A stretch of 64,000 bases of DNA, from contig CAVBSU010000001.1 in the NCBI GenBank assembly GCA_963598245.1, forward strand, positions 6,854 through 70,853, given 5' to 3'. This DNA comes from Lachnospiraceae bacterium (lineage in GTDB: Bacteria; Bacillota; Clostridia; Lachnospirales; Lachnospiraceae). Position numbers and translations under genes: made by a program. Below, in pieces: positions 29,657 through 38,992 of this stretch (position 1 is the stretch's first letter; every line of letters begins with the position of its first letter). The notes beneath the pieces were generated by a model. The model was not told where the DNA came from. It saw nothing but the letters and a program-made list of their open reading frames with translations, and ran no database searches.

Positions 29657-30256
29657 TTACATAGCTGTATAAAATTCCTGTACCCAGACCTTGCCTCTGC
29701 TTGTGTCAATGCTTCCCACACCCAGCATTTGAAAGGCTCCGTTTAAAATATTTGCCCGGTGTCCCGGAGATGTCATCCATGCTGCCACCACCTCATCGGC
29801 AGAAGAATAGCCTATGGCAAGATTCTCCCCTACCGCTCTGTACTTTGGTGCTGAAATATCATCATATACTGAATAAAACTTTCGTCCGTCAGGTCTGTCA
29901 TGTTCAAAATATACGGCTGCTTCTGCGGCTCTTTTTTGAGCAGCGTCTGCTGCATGCGTGCTCCATGAAAGCGCTGTGAGATTATTCTTCGCGCGTTCTG
30001 CATTGACCAGATCTAAAACTTTCTGCAGGGAAGCATCAATCTGTGTATCTCCGGCTTCTCCGCTATCATCTGTATATGCAATTATTGCAGACTGTGCTTC
30101 TTTATCCTGTGAAGAATTATCTGTGCCTGCAGCCATAGGCCCGTTTTGTGTATGAGCTGAAAAATCATACGCGCCCACCGCGAAGGCAGATATACTGTTC
30201 ATGGAAATAACTGCCGCTGTAACTCCTGCCAATAGTATGCTTTTCATGAAGTTCAC
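29657..30256 (-). CDS. secreted CAP/SCP-domain protein (YkwD-like)
   Basis: Signal peptide, then VNAERAKNNL...GENLA...WMTSPGHRANIL. Confidence 0.8.
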   Translation of the reverse strand: MNFMKSILLAGVTAAVISMNSISAFAVGAYDFSAHTQNGPMAAGTDNSSQDKEAQSAIIAYTDDSGEAGDTQIDASLQKVLDLVNAERAKNNLTALSWSTHAADAAQKRAAEAAVYFEHDRPDGRKFYSVYDDISAPKYRAVGENLAIGYSSADEVVAAWMTSPGHRANILNGAFQMLGVGSIDTSRGKVWVQEFYTAM

Positions 30257-30268
30257 TCCTTTTAAAGT

Positions 30269-30706
30269 TTAGGCTTTCAGCCTTTTACAAAGGTATTCTA
30301 TGGCCATTTTGTATCCCTCAAAGCCGTACCCTGCGTAGGTTTTCTCACATGCCATTCCGGCATAGGAAATCTGTCTGAAGTCCTCTCTTTCATTCACCTT
30401 TGAAAGATGTACCTCCACAGCCGGGATTGAAACAGCCTTCAGGGCATCAAGAATCGCCACACTCGTATGTGTATAGGCAGCCGGATTTATAACTATACCG
30501 TCTATTTTGTCAAAATATGCCTGCTGGATGCGATCTACTATCGCTCCCTCATGATTATTCTGATATATCTCGAACTGTACTCCCTGTTTTTCGCATACAC
30601 TCTCCACATATTCGGTGAGTGTATTATAGCTCAGATTTCCGTATATTTCAGGCTCCCTTATTCCCAACATGTTGAGATTCGGTCCGTTTATAATGAGAAG
30701 CTTCAT
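30269..30706 (-). CDS. aroQ: type II 3-dehydroquinate dehydratase
   Basis: MKLLIINGPNLNMLGIREPEIYG...NPAAYTHTSVA. Confidence 0.92.
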   Translation of the reverse strand: MKLLIINGPNLNMLGIREPEIYGNLSYNTLTEYVESVCEKQGVQFEIYQNNHEGAIVDRIQQAYFDKIDGIVINPAAYTHTSVAILDALKAVSIPAVEVHLSKVNEREDFRQISYAGMACEKTYAGYGFEGYKMAIEYLCKRLKA

Positions 30707-30744
30707 GATGTTCTCTCCTTAATGTTCTGCTGTGCGGAGTTTAC

Positions 30745-31965
30745 TCACTCACAGAGTCTTATGATTTCCTCTGCGGCATCTTTTACTGACCTGTCATTGA
30801 CCACGACATCATCCGCAAAGGCCTCATACTTATCCTTTCGCTCTTCATAAAGCTTTTCAAGCGGATTTGCCTGTGAAACAGGTCGCCCATCCGTCGGAAG
30901 CAGGTTTATATCCCGCTTTATCCAAACAATATGGCCATTCTGGTGGATCAGCGGATAATTTTCAGGTCGTGTAACACAGCCGCCGCCTGTGGATATCACA
31001 CAGCCTGATAGCTTTCCGACCTCGGAGAGCACTTCTGTTTCTATCGCTCTGAAGCCTGCCTCGCCCTGTTCCCTGAATATAGTCGGGATATCGGTTCCTG
31101 CCTTTTTTACTATTTCTTCATCCGCTTCTATCAGTCGCCTTCCTGTTATTTCCGCGATTTTCTTTCCGATAGAGCTTTTTCCGGCTCCCGGCATGCCGAT
31201 AATAACAATGTTTTGCATTTCGGCACTAAGCTTTTTATATATATATCCTATAACACTGTCATCTATTTTTGTATTCATAAAAAATTCAGCACTTTGCTTG
31301 GCCTGTGCTACCAGCATATAAAATCCGTCCGCATGCCTGATATTAAGCTTTTCCGCCTGAAGCATAAGAGCTGTTCTGGCCGGATTATATACTACATCCA
31401 GCACACCCTCACACTCAGGAAAATCTCTCAGATCCACAGCTGCCTCTCCGTTATTCGGATACATTCCCATAGGAGTCGTATTTACAATAATCCCTGCATC
31501 CTTATGACACTCCAGATTGTCATAATTATTCTCACCGCCGCGGCTTATTACTATCACCTCAGAGGCTCCCAGATCCCTCAATGCGTGACATATGGTATTT
31601 GAAGCCCCTCCGCTCCCGAGCACCAGAGCCTTCCTGGCATTGACATCAATGCCGCTTGCCTTTACAAGCTCGCAAAAGCCGTAATAATCCGTGTTGTAGC
31701 CGTGCCAGCCGTCCTCCATTTTTACAAGAGTGTTAACTGCTCCCATTCTTTTAGCCACATCTGAAAGCCAGACACAGGAATCCATGACTCTTTTTTTATA
31801 AGGCATGGTAACATTCATTCCCGAAAGGTCAGTGGTGCTCAGGAATTTCTCAACATCTTCCTTTGCAACTTCATAACGCCTGTAATCATAATCGGCAAGC
31901 AGGTTGTGTATCTGCGGTGAATAGCTGTGTTCCAGCTTTTCACCTAAAACACCGTATTTTTTCAT
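30745..31965 (-). CDS. aroE/aroK: fused shikimate dehydrogenase / shikimate kinase
   Basis: The N-terminal ~245 aa are AroE-like (NVTMPYK, GSGGAS). The C-terminal part has Walker A GMPGAGKSS and a shikimate kinase fold. Confidence 0.9.
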   Translation of the reverse strand: MKKYGVLGEKLEHSYSPQIHNLLADYDYRRYEVAKEDVEKFLSTTDLSGMNVTMPYKKRVMDSCVWLSDVAKRMGAVNTLVKMEDGWHGYNTDYYGFCELVKASGIDVNARKALVLGSGGASNTICHALRDLGASEVIVISRGGENNYDNLECHKDAGIIVNTTPMGMYPNNGEAAVDLRDFPECEGVLDVVYNPARTALMLQAEKLNIRHADGFYMLVAQAKQSAEFFMNTKIDDSVIGYIYKKLSAEMQNIVIIGMPGAGKSSIGKKIAEITGRRLIEADEEIVKKAGTDIPTIFREQGEAGFRAIETEVLSEVGKLSGCVISTGGGCVTRPENYPLIHQNGHIVWIKRDINLLPTDGRPVSQANPLEKLYEERKDKYEAFADDVVVNDRSVKDAAEEIIRLCE

Positions 31966-31993
31966 GGTTGAACCCTTTCCTGTAATTTAAAAA

Positions 31994-33145
31994 TCAGATA
32001 ACCTCATTGTAGCTTCCGAGATACTGAAATTCCTCGCAGCAGTCATTGACATCACAGATAATCTGTACGAATTCCTCTGAATAAATAGATGTGTCCAAAT
32101 CAAAATAAAACATAAACTCGAAATCTCTTTCCGGTATGGGACGGGATTCCAGCTTTTGAAGATTTATGCCCAACGCATAGAAGCGTGCCAACATCTTATA
32201 AAGCGCACCGGGTCTGTGTGAGAGCACCACCATGAGAGAGGTCTTGTCGGCTCCCGGATAAATTTCAGGCTTTTTGGATATACAGATAAATCGTGTATGA
32301 TTATTTCCGCAATCGGCGATGTTGGTTTCAAGCGATTTGAGTCCGTAAAGCTCAGCGCAGCGATAGGAGGAGATTGCCGCAATATCTTTTCTTTCCGAAT
32401 TTGCAACCATTTGCGCGGCCATCGCCGTATTTTCCACAGGTGTTATCTTTATGTCATTTCCCAGTGTCTGTATGAAATCCGCACACTGATTTAATGCCTG
32501 CTCGTGGGAAACTATTTCTCTTATGTCCTTTATATCCACTCCCGGCTTTGCCACAAGGCAGTGGTTTATCTTTATGCGTGTGCTTCTTACGATATAAAAA
32601 TGGTACTTGAGCATGAGGTCATAGACCTGCTTTACTGAGCCTGCCGTAGAATTTTCTATGGGGAGTATGCCATATTTGCAAAAGCCCTTGTCCACGGCAT
32701 TGAAAACGCCGTCAAAGCTGTTGAAGTATTGAATGTTCGGCATCGAAAAAAGCTTTTCACAGGCAATGTTGGAGTATGCTCCCTCGACTCCCTGGACCGC
32801 TACCGTAGCTGTCTTAGGGAACATCTTCGATGTCTGCTCTATGGCCGTCCTTATCTCCTCGAATTTATCTGCATTATTTCCTATTATCTTATTTTGATGA
32901 GCACGGCTGAGCTCAAATAAAAGAGAGTACAGCACATGGTAGTAGGGTCTTAAGTCTTCCCTTGCCCAGCCGGATATCTCTGCAAGCTTTTCTCTTTCTC
33001 TTCTTGAATCCAGTGTCGCAAGCCCGTGTTCTTTCTTATACTCTGCAATTTCAGCAGCTATATCCATGCGGTCTTCCACTGCTTTAACTATGAGTCTGTC
33101 GATTTCATCTATATCTCTGCGTAATTCCTCTATACTTCTTCCCAT
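31994..33145 (-). CDS. pheA: bifunctional chorismate mutase / prephenate dehydratase
   Basis: N-terminal CM type II helix (LRRDIDEIDRLIV), PDT domain (VAVQGVEGAYS) and a C-terminal ACT domain (HRPGALYKML). Confidence 0.9.
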   Translation of the reverse strand: MGRSIEELRRDIDEIDRLIVKAVEDRMDIAAEIAEYKKEHGLATLDSRREREKLAEISGWAREDLRPYYHVLYSLLFELSRAHQNKIIGNNADKFEEIRTAIEQTSKMFPKTATVAVQGVEGAYSNIACEKLFSMPNIQYFNSFDGVFNAVDKGFCKYGILPIENSTAGSVKQVYDLMLKYHFYIVRSTRIKINHCLVAKPGVDIKDIREIVSHEQALNQCADFIQTLGNDIKITPVENTAMAAQMVANSERKDIAAISSYRCAELYGLKSLETNIADCGNNHTRFICISKKPEIYPGADKTSLMVVLSHRPGALYKMLARFYALGINLQKLESRPIPERDFEFMFYFDLDTSIYSEEFVQIICDVNDCCEEFQYLGSYNEVI

Positions 33146-33205
33146 ATGTTTTTCCTGTCTGTATCTGTATCTGTCGTTCTGCGACCGGTTTTTTGATATT
33201 CACCT

Positions 33206-34219
33206 TTATTTTACAGCTGCTCTTGCCATCAAAAGCTCGTCATATACCGAAACAGCCGCAGCTGCTTCCACACAGGGTACTGCTCTTAAAACTATGCACG
33301 GGTCATGTCTGCCCCTTATGCTGAGCTTTACATTTTCAAGCGTTTTTACATTGACGCTGTCCTGCTCTTTAGCTATGGACGGAGTAGGCTTAAAGGCAGC
33401 TCTGAAAATTACAGGCATGGAGGATGTGATTCCTCCCAGTATCCCGCCATGATTGTTCGTTTTTGTGCGTACAGTGCCGCCCGTCACCTCGAAGGCATCG
33501 TTATTTTCGCTTCCTTTAAGCTCGGCACATCTGAAGCCGCAGCCAAACTCTATGCCCTTTACTGCCGGTATCCCAAATACAGCCTGCGAAATACGGCTCT
33601 CCATTCCGTCAAACATCGGCTCGCCCAAGCCTGCCGGTACGCCCTCTATAACACACTCAACTATGCCTCCCACCGAGTCACCCTCATCTCTCGCCCTATC
33701 TATAGCTTCAAACATCTTTTCATCGGTGGTTTCTCCGCCTATCATAACAGGCTTTGCGCTGACAGTTATCCCCTGCTCCTCAAGAATTTGCAGACATATG
33801 CCCCCTGCAATACAAAGCGGTGCCGTCAGTCTCCCGGAAAACTGTCCGCCTCCCGGAATATCTCTTCCGCTGCCGTATTTTACCATGGCCGCATAATCCG
33901 AATGCCCGGGTCTCGGCACTTCGGTAAGATAGCTGTAGTCTGAGGATTTGGTGTTGGTATTTTTTATTATCGCCGTAATCGGAGAGCCGCAGGTAAGCCC
34001 GTCAGGATTAAGCCCTGCAATAAATTCAACCTCATCTGCCTCGTTTCTCGGTGTAGAGTACCGATTTTTGCCCGGTCTTCTTCTGTCCATGAATTCCATC
34101 AGTTTTTCCTGGTCAATGCTTATTCCCGCCGGAATTCCCTCCATCGTCACACCTATTGCGGGTGCATGGGACTGACCCCATATCGTAAATTTGAAAATAC
34201 TGCCTAAAGTATTCGCCAT
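33206..34219 (-). CDS. aroC: chorismate synthase
   Basis: FKFTIWGQSHAPAIG...RPGHSDY...GRHDPC motifs. Confidence 0.92.
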   Translation of the reverse strand: MANTLGSIFKFTIWGQSHAPAIGVTMEGIPAGISIDQEKLMEFMDRRRPGKNRYSTPRNEADEVEFIAGLNPDGLTCGSPITAIIKNTNTKSSDYSYLTEVPRPGHSDYAAMVKYGSGRDIPGGGQFSGRLTAPLCIAGGICLQILEEQGITVSAKPVMIGGETTDEKMFEAIDRARDEGDSVGGIVECVIEGVPAGLGEPMFDGMESRISQAVFGIPAVKGIEFGCGFRCAELKGSENNDAFEVTGGTVRTKTNNHGGILGGITSSMPVIFRAAFKPTPSIAKEQDSVNVKTLENVKLSIRGRHDPCIVLRAVPCVEAAAAVSVYDELLMARAAVK

Positions 34220-34285
34220 GTGTGTCTTCGTGCCTTCCTGTGTATTTTCTTTGTACTTTTTTGTTTCTCCTGTCGTTTTTCTTTT

Positions 34286-35575
34286 TCAGCCTGAGACTGC
34301 GGCTTTTCCTCCGAGTTTTTCGAAATCCCTCCAGAAATCCGGATATGATTTTCTCACAGCCCCGGCATTTTCTATTTCCACACTGTCGCTGCATATCACG
34401 GATGCCACCGCCGCACTCATCGCTATGCGATGGTCGTTGAAGCTGTCCGTTTTTCCGCCTTTTAAATGTCCGTTTCCTTTTACCTTAAGTCCGTCTGCCG
34501 TTTCAGTACAATCTGCACCCAGAGCCTTAAGCATCGCCACAGTAGTCTTTATCCTGTCGCTTTCCTTTATCTTAAGCCTCTCTGCATGTATAAATGTCGT
34601 TTCTCCTTTTATCCCTGCTGCAAGCACCGATAATACCGGCACCAGATCAGGCACATCTCTGGCATCTATTATAGCACCGCCCGGATAAATATCCTCTATA
34701 AGCTTTCTTACTGCCCGATCTCCCTGTACCGAAAGCTCATTGAGACCCGTCACTTTAAGACTGCCGCCGCAAAGCTTTGACGCGCAAAGCCAAAATGCTG
34801 CATTGGACCAGTCTCCCTCAACTACCGTCTCGCCGGGTGAGTTATATTTAATACTTACAAAGGCAATATCCTCAGAGTCTGTGCTCCTGCATACAGTTTC
34901 CTCGCATGCTTTAATCCCTCTGTCTTCTATAAAAAGCCTGTCTTTCTCCCAGCACACCCTGACGCCGAAATTTTCCTGTACATCCATGGTCATGAGAATG
35001 TAGTTTTTGGACTCCGCTTTTCCTGTAAGTCTTAGCTCAGACCTTTCTTCCATGAGAGGCATTGCAAAAAGCAGTCCGCTTATGAACTGGGAGGAAACAT
35101 CCGCTGCAAGTGTAAAAATGCCGCCCTTAAGCCTTCCTCCTGTGCTTATGGTCTTGTCCTCGTTTCTTTTCAAGCTGCATCCGTGAGCTGTAAGTTCTTC
35201 CCATAATGGAGAAAGCGGTCTTTCCGAGAGTCTTCCGTGCATGACTATGGTGCAGCCTATGCCCAGTGCACAAACCACAGGAAGCAGAAAGCGAAGTGTT
35301 GAACCGCTTTCCCCACAGTCTATAACTGCCTTTTCCGGTATGAAAGCAGCCGGTATTACCGTGAATACACCTTGTTTTTCATCGTAGCTTATATCACAGC
35401 CCATGGCTCTCAGGCAGTTTGCTGTAGCATCTATGTCCTGCGAGCGCTCACGACATGTGATTTTCGTAGGTCTGTCCGCAAAAGCGGCACAAATAAGCAT
35501 TCTGTGTGCCTGTGACTTGGATGCTATTGCTCTTATACTCCCCTTAAGTTTTGCAGGTTCTATTGTTACCTTCAT
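34286..35575 (-). CDS. aroA: 3-phosphoshikimate 1-carboxyvinyltransferase (EPSP synthase)
   Basis: 429 aa with SKSQAHR, GESGSTLRFL and NDHRIAMS motifs. Confidence 0.95.
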   Translation of the reverse strand: MKVTIEPAKLKGSIRAIASKSQAHRMLICAAFADRPTKITCRERSQDIDATANCLRAMGCDISYDEKQGVFTVIPAAFIPEKAVIDCGESGSTLRFLLPVVCALGIGCTIVMHGRLSERPLSPLWEELTAHGCSLKRNEDKTISTGGRLKGGIFTLAADVSSQFISGLLFAMPLMEERSELRLTGKAESKNYILMTMDVQENFGVRVCWEKDRLFIEDRGIKACEETVCRSTDSEDIAFVSIKYNSPGETVVEGDWSNAAFWLCASKLCGGSLKVTGLNELSVQGDRAVRKLIEDIYPGGAIIDARDVPDLVPVLSVLAAGIKGETTFIHAERLKIKESDRIKTTVAMLKALGADCTETADGLKVKGNGHLKGGKTDSFNDHRIAMSAAVASVICSDSVEIENAGAVRKSYPDFWRDFEKLGGKAAVSG

Positions 35576-35594
35576 ATGTGTTTCCTGTGGTTTT

Positions 35595-36662
35595 TCAGCC
35601 TATGCCCTTTTCTATAAAGCTCTTAAGCTCCGTAAGCTTAAGCTTTCTTATAATGCATCTTCCTATCTGCTCGGGGACGATTATCGAAATGCTGCTGCCT
35701 TTTCGCTTCTTATCCTTAAGCATCATATCATACAGCTCCTCTGCATCATACCCGCAGACTGACGGAAGTCCGAATTTTTCTGTTACAGCCTTTATTTCAG
35801 CCGCACAAGTCTCACTGCATATGCCCTCGCAGGCTGCCGCTCTGGAAAAGGCTGCCATCCCTGTCGCGACTGCCCTTCCGTGTGAAAGCCTGAAATCACT
35901 TTTCATTTCAGCTGCATGAGCCAGCGTATGCCCGAAATTTAAAAGCTGCCTTTTTCCGTTATCAAATTCATCTTCAACTACCACATCTCTCTTAAGCTCT
36001 ATGCAGCGCAGAATTACATACTCTCTGTCAAAGCAAAGTCCTCTTTCCATAAGATGCTCAAACAGCTTTTCATCAAACAGAACGCCATACTTTATAACTT
36101 CTGCACAGCCATCTCTGAATATTTCCTCCGGAAGAGTATCCAGAACATCCAAATCGCATATGACAAGCCCGGGCTGATGAAATGCTCCCGCAAGATTTTT
36201 TCCTGCCTTTAAATCTATGCCTGTCTTTCCTCCGACAGATGAATCCACACAGGCTAAAAGTGAGGTCGGTATCTGAACAAAATCTATTTTTCTCAAGAAG
36301 GTCGCCGCCGCAAAGCCTGCCATATCTCCAACCACTCCGCCTCCCAGGGCGATTATAAAGTCACTCCTTGTAACGGCATTTTCTGCAAGATATTCCAGAA
36401 TTTTTATATAATTTTCCGTGGACTTTGATGCCTCTCCGTGAGGAATAACATATTTTAAAACTCTGTATCCCCCGTCTGATACGCTTTTTTCAACTGCTTC
36501 TGCGTAAAGCTTCTCCACACTGTCATCAGTTATTATTACCGCAGTTTCAGCTCCTTTATTAAGCCCGGCATATTCCTTTATGAGCGCTCCGCATTTCTTT
36601 AAGAGCTCGCGGCCTGCCAGCACCTTATACGGTTTTTTCGTGTCAATGTCTATTATCTTCAC
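35595..36662 (-). CDS. aroB: 3-dehydroquinate synthase
   Basis: 355 aa with GGGVVGDMAGFAAATFLR and NFGHTLAHA motifs. Confidence 0.92.
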   Translation of the reverse strand: MKIIDIDTKKPYKVLAGRELLKKCGALIKEYAGLNKGAETAVIITDDSVEKLYAEAVEKSVSDGGYRVLKYVIPHGEASKSTENYIKILEYLAENAVTRSDFIIALGGGVVGDMAGFAAATFLRKIDFVQIPTSLLACVDSSVGGKTGIDLKAGKNLAGAFHQPGLVICDLDVLDTLPEEIFRDGCAEVIKYGVLFDEKLFEHLMERGLCFDREYVILRCIELKRDVVVEDEFDNGKRQLLNFGHTLAHAAEMKSDFRLSHGRAVATGMAAFSRAAACEGICSETCAAEIKAVTEKFGLPSVCGYDAEELYDMMLKDKKRKGSSISIIVPEQIGRCIIRKLKLTELKSFIEKGIG

Positions 36663-36768
36663 GGTTTTTCCTTTCTTACACTCATCTGCATTCCGGCTGC
36701 CTGCCCCGGCTCAAAGCCTGTGCACTTTTACTTAATTATCTTTCGCCGTACTTCAACCCGGCTTAGCC

Positions 36769-37599
36769 TCAGCCGTCCAGTGCAATCTTCTTCTGACTTC
36801 CTTCATCAAGTATGCGCACAAGTCTTTCCTCATCATCACACTCGACAGCTTCCTTATACTCCTGCAAAAAACCGATAAGCCAGTCCAGCTCCTTTATGAC
36901 ATTGCCCTTATTAGCCATAAAAAGCTCGGCCCACATTCTGGGATTAAGCCTTGCCACACGGGTAAGATCCTTATAGCTGCCTGCCGAAAAGCCCTTGTGA
37001 CTTCCTGCTGTGGGACTCTTTATGTAAGCATTGGATACTATATGCGCCATCTGGGATGTGAACCCGATCATTCGGTCATGCTCCGCAGCCGTTGTGACAG
37101 AAAGCTTTCCGAAACCTGCCGGCTCCAGAAGCTTCTTTATCCTGTCAAGAAACTGCATATCATCATACACCGGCGGTACCAGCACCATGGGCGCACCCTT
37201 GAACATGTTTGCCCTCGAATGCTTGAAACCGGAATACTGGGTTCCTGCCATGGGATGTCCTCCCACATAGGTAAATCCATACTCTCCGGCAAGCTTGAAA
37301 CCCAACTTGCAGATCTCCTCTTTCACTCCCAGACAGTCTATCACAACGGTATGCTTATCTATATAGGGAGCATTTTCCTCAAACCATTTCGCCGCCGCAT
37401 GTATATAGGTGGTGATGAGCAGAAGATCACACTCCTTCATGTTATCATGGGTAAGCTCAGCGTCCACTGCTCCTTCAAGCATGGTAAAGCCCAATATGGT
37501 TCTGTCCGTATCAAAACCCAGAACCTTGTGTCCTGACTCTTTATATGCCTTTGTAAAGGATCCTCCGATAAGACCCAGCCCTACAACTCCGACTGTCAT
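36769..37599 (-). CDS. tyrA: prephenate dehydrogenase
   Basis: Rossmann N-terminus VGVVGLGLIGGS and GGHPMAG motif. Confidence 0.88.
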   Translation of the reverse strand: MTVGVVGLGLIGGSFTKAYKESGHKVLGFDTDRTILGFTMLEGAVDAELTHDNMKECDLLLITTYIHAAAKWFEENAPYIDKHTVVIDCLGVKEEICKLGFKLAGEYGFTYVGGHPMAGTQYSGFKHSRANMFKGAPMVLVPPVYDDMQFLDRIKKLLEPAGFGKLSVTTAAEHDRMIGFTSQMAHIVSNAYIKSPTAGSHKGFSAGSYKDLTRVARLNPRMWAELFMANKGNVIKELDWLIGFLQEYKEAVECDDEERLVRILDEGSQKKIALDG

Positions 37600-38601
37600 T
37601 TATTTTATAACCTCGTGAATCTTTCTTATCTTGTCTGCCATGCGGCTGAATTCATCAGGATCGACAGACGAGGCTCCGTCGCTTAATGCATTCATGGGAT
37701 CGTTATGAACCTCTATCATAAGTCCGTCCGCTCCGCAGGCAGCAGCTGCCATAGCCATAGGCTCTACATATCTTGAGTAGCCTGTGCTGCGGCTTGGATC
37801 TACTATTACCGGAAGGTGCGAATACTCGTGAAGCACGGGCACCGCCGAAAGATCAAGCGTATTTCTGGTATAGGTCTCAAAGGTTCTTATGCCTCTCTCA
37901 CAAAGAATAACCTTTTCATTGCCCCCTGCCATAACATGCTCTGCACTCATGAGCAGCTCTTTCAGGGTATTTGCAAGGCCCCTCTTAATAAGCACAGGCT
38001 TTCTTAAGCGTCCCAGCTCCTTTAATAACTCCGTATTCTGCATATTTCTTGCGCCGACCTGAATAATATCCACCTCTTCAAAGCAGGCGATATCATTTAT
38101 GCTCATAATCTCTGAAATTATAGGAAGCCCCGTGGCCTTTTTCGCCTCTATAAGCATGTCAATGCCTTCTGCCTTGAGCCCCTGAAATTCATAGGGCGAG
38201 GAACTTTGTTTAAAGGCACTTCCCCTCAGTATGCCTGCTCCGGCAGCCTTTACCTTCTTTGCTATTTCAATTATCTGCCCGCTGTTTTCCACCGAGCTTG
38301 GTCCTGCGATCATAACGCAGCTTCCGTTTCCTATCTTTACACCGTTTACATCAATTACCGTGTTTTCCGGATGAAATTTGCGGTTGGCTTTTTTAAACGG
38401 CTCTGAAATTATTTTTACCGAGCTTACTATACTTAAGCTTTGCAGAAGGTCAACATCTATGCTGCTTGTATTTCCCACAAGCCCCAGCACCGTATACTCC
38501 TTTCCTTCTGAGATATGCACCTCAAGATTCTGACCTTTCAGCCAGTCGATAAGATGACTTCTCTGTTCAATGGTTGTATTTGGCTTAAGTACGGCAATCA
38601 T
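37600..38601 (-). CDS. aroF: 3-deoxy-7-phosphoheptulonate (DAHP) synthase with N-terminal ferredoxin-like regulatory domain
   Basis: Type I-beta DAHPS core (GPSSVE, KRG..., DPSRSTG) preceded by a ~70-aa ACT/FL-like domain. Start at MIAVLK (38601) behind GGGGAGGG. Confidence 0.9.
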   Translation of the reverse strand: MIAVLKPNTTIEQRSHLIDWLKGQNLEVHISEGKEYTVLGLVGNTSSIDVDLLQSLSIVSSVKIISEPFKKANRKFHPENTVIDVNGVKIGNGSCVMIAGPSSVENSGQIIEIAKKVKAAGAGILRGSAFKQSSSPYEFQGLKAEGIDMLIEAKKATGLPIISEIMSINDIACFEEVDIIQVGARNMQNTELLKELGRLRKPVLIKRGLANTLKELLMSAEHVMAGGNEKVILCERGIRTFETYTRNTLDLSAVPVLHEYSHLPVIVDPSRSTGYSRYVEPMAMAAAACGADGLMIEVHNDPMNALSDGASSVDPDEFSRMADKIRKIHEVIK

Positions 38602-38620
38602 ATTTTCCCTCCCCGATATC

Positions 38621-38654
38621 ATAAATAAAAAGCTGCACCTGTTTCAAGTGCAGC
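38621..38654 (-). terminator. intrinsic terminator (attenuator) in the aro leader
   Basis: On the minus strand, GCUGCACUUG-AAA-CAGGUGCAGC (10 bp, one G-U) followed by UUUUUAUUU. It lies 20 nt upstream of the aroF RBS. Confidence 0.7.
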
Positions 38655-38707
38655 CCAAAGTCCTTTAATATGTCCTTTTTATCTCAATATGTGCACTAAA
38701 ACAGCTA

Positions 38708-38776
38708 TTACTTTTCCTCCATGTAAAAGTAATAGTAGCTAAAGCTATATGCAAAGCCTGAATTTAAGTGTATCAT
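38708..38776 (-). CDS. candidate Phe/Tyr-rich leader peptide (22 aa)
   Basis: Hand translation gives MIHLNSGFAYSFSYYYFYMEEK*. The codon run TAC TAT TAC TTT TAC lies in the 5' arm of an 11-bp hairpin. The SD is weak (AAGGA 14 nt upstream). Confidence 0.5.
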   Translation of the reverse strand: MIHLNSGFAYSFSYYYFYMEEK

Positions 38777-38813
38777 AAGATAAAATGCGTTCCTTTTTTA
38801 ATGATTTAACGCG

Positions 38814-38842
38814 ATGATATCCCTAAGTCTGCCAAATGTCAA
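38814..38842 (-). promoter_or_regulatory. aro operon sigma-A promoter
   Basis: On the minus strand: TTGACA (38842-38837), 17-nt spacer, TATCAT (38819-38814). Confidence 0.6.
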
Positions 38843-38992
38843 GTAGAATCTGTGTTTCATCTGTTTCTTTCAAGTGTGGTTCAAGACTTTGCAGCTGCTT
38901 TATCGTCTTTTCTGCACTTGCTTTTTTTTGATTAAAGCCTTATAAATGGGCATATAAATTTCGAGATGTAGTTTTGCGGAGAACAAATATTC

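Noticed and set aside
38602-38842. T-box riboswitch as the regulator of the aro operon
   Set aside because: The leader is only ~200 nt. I find no specifier-loop/AGAGA/GNUGGNA features and no T-box consensus (AAnnGGGUGGUACCGCG-like) overlapping the terminator. The leader-peptide model fits the observed elements better.
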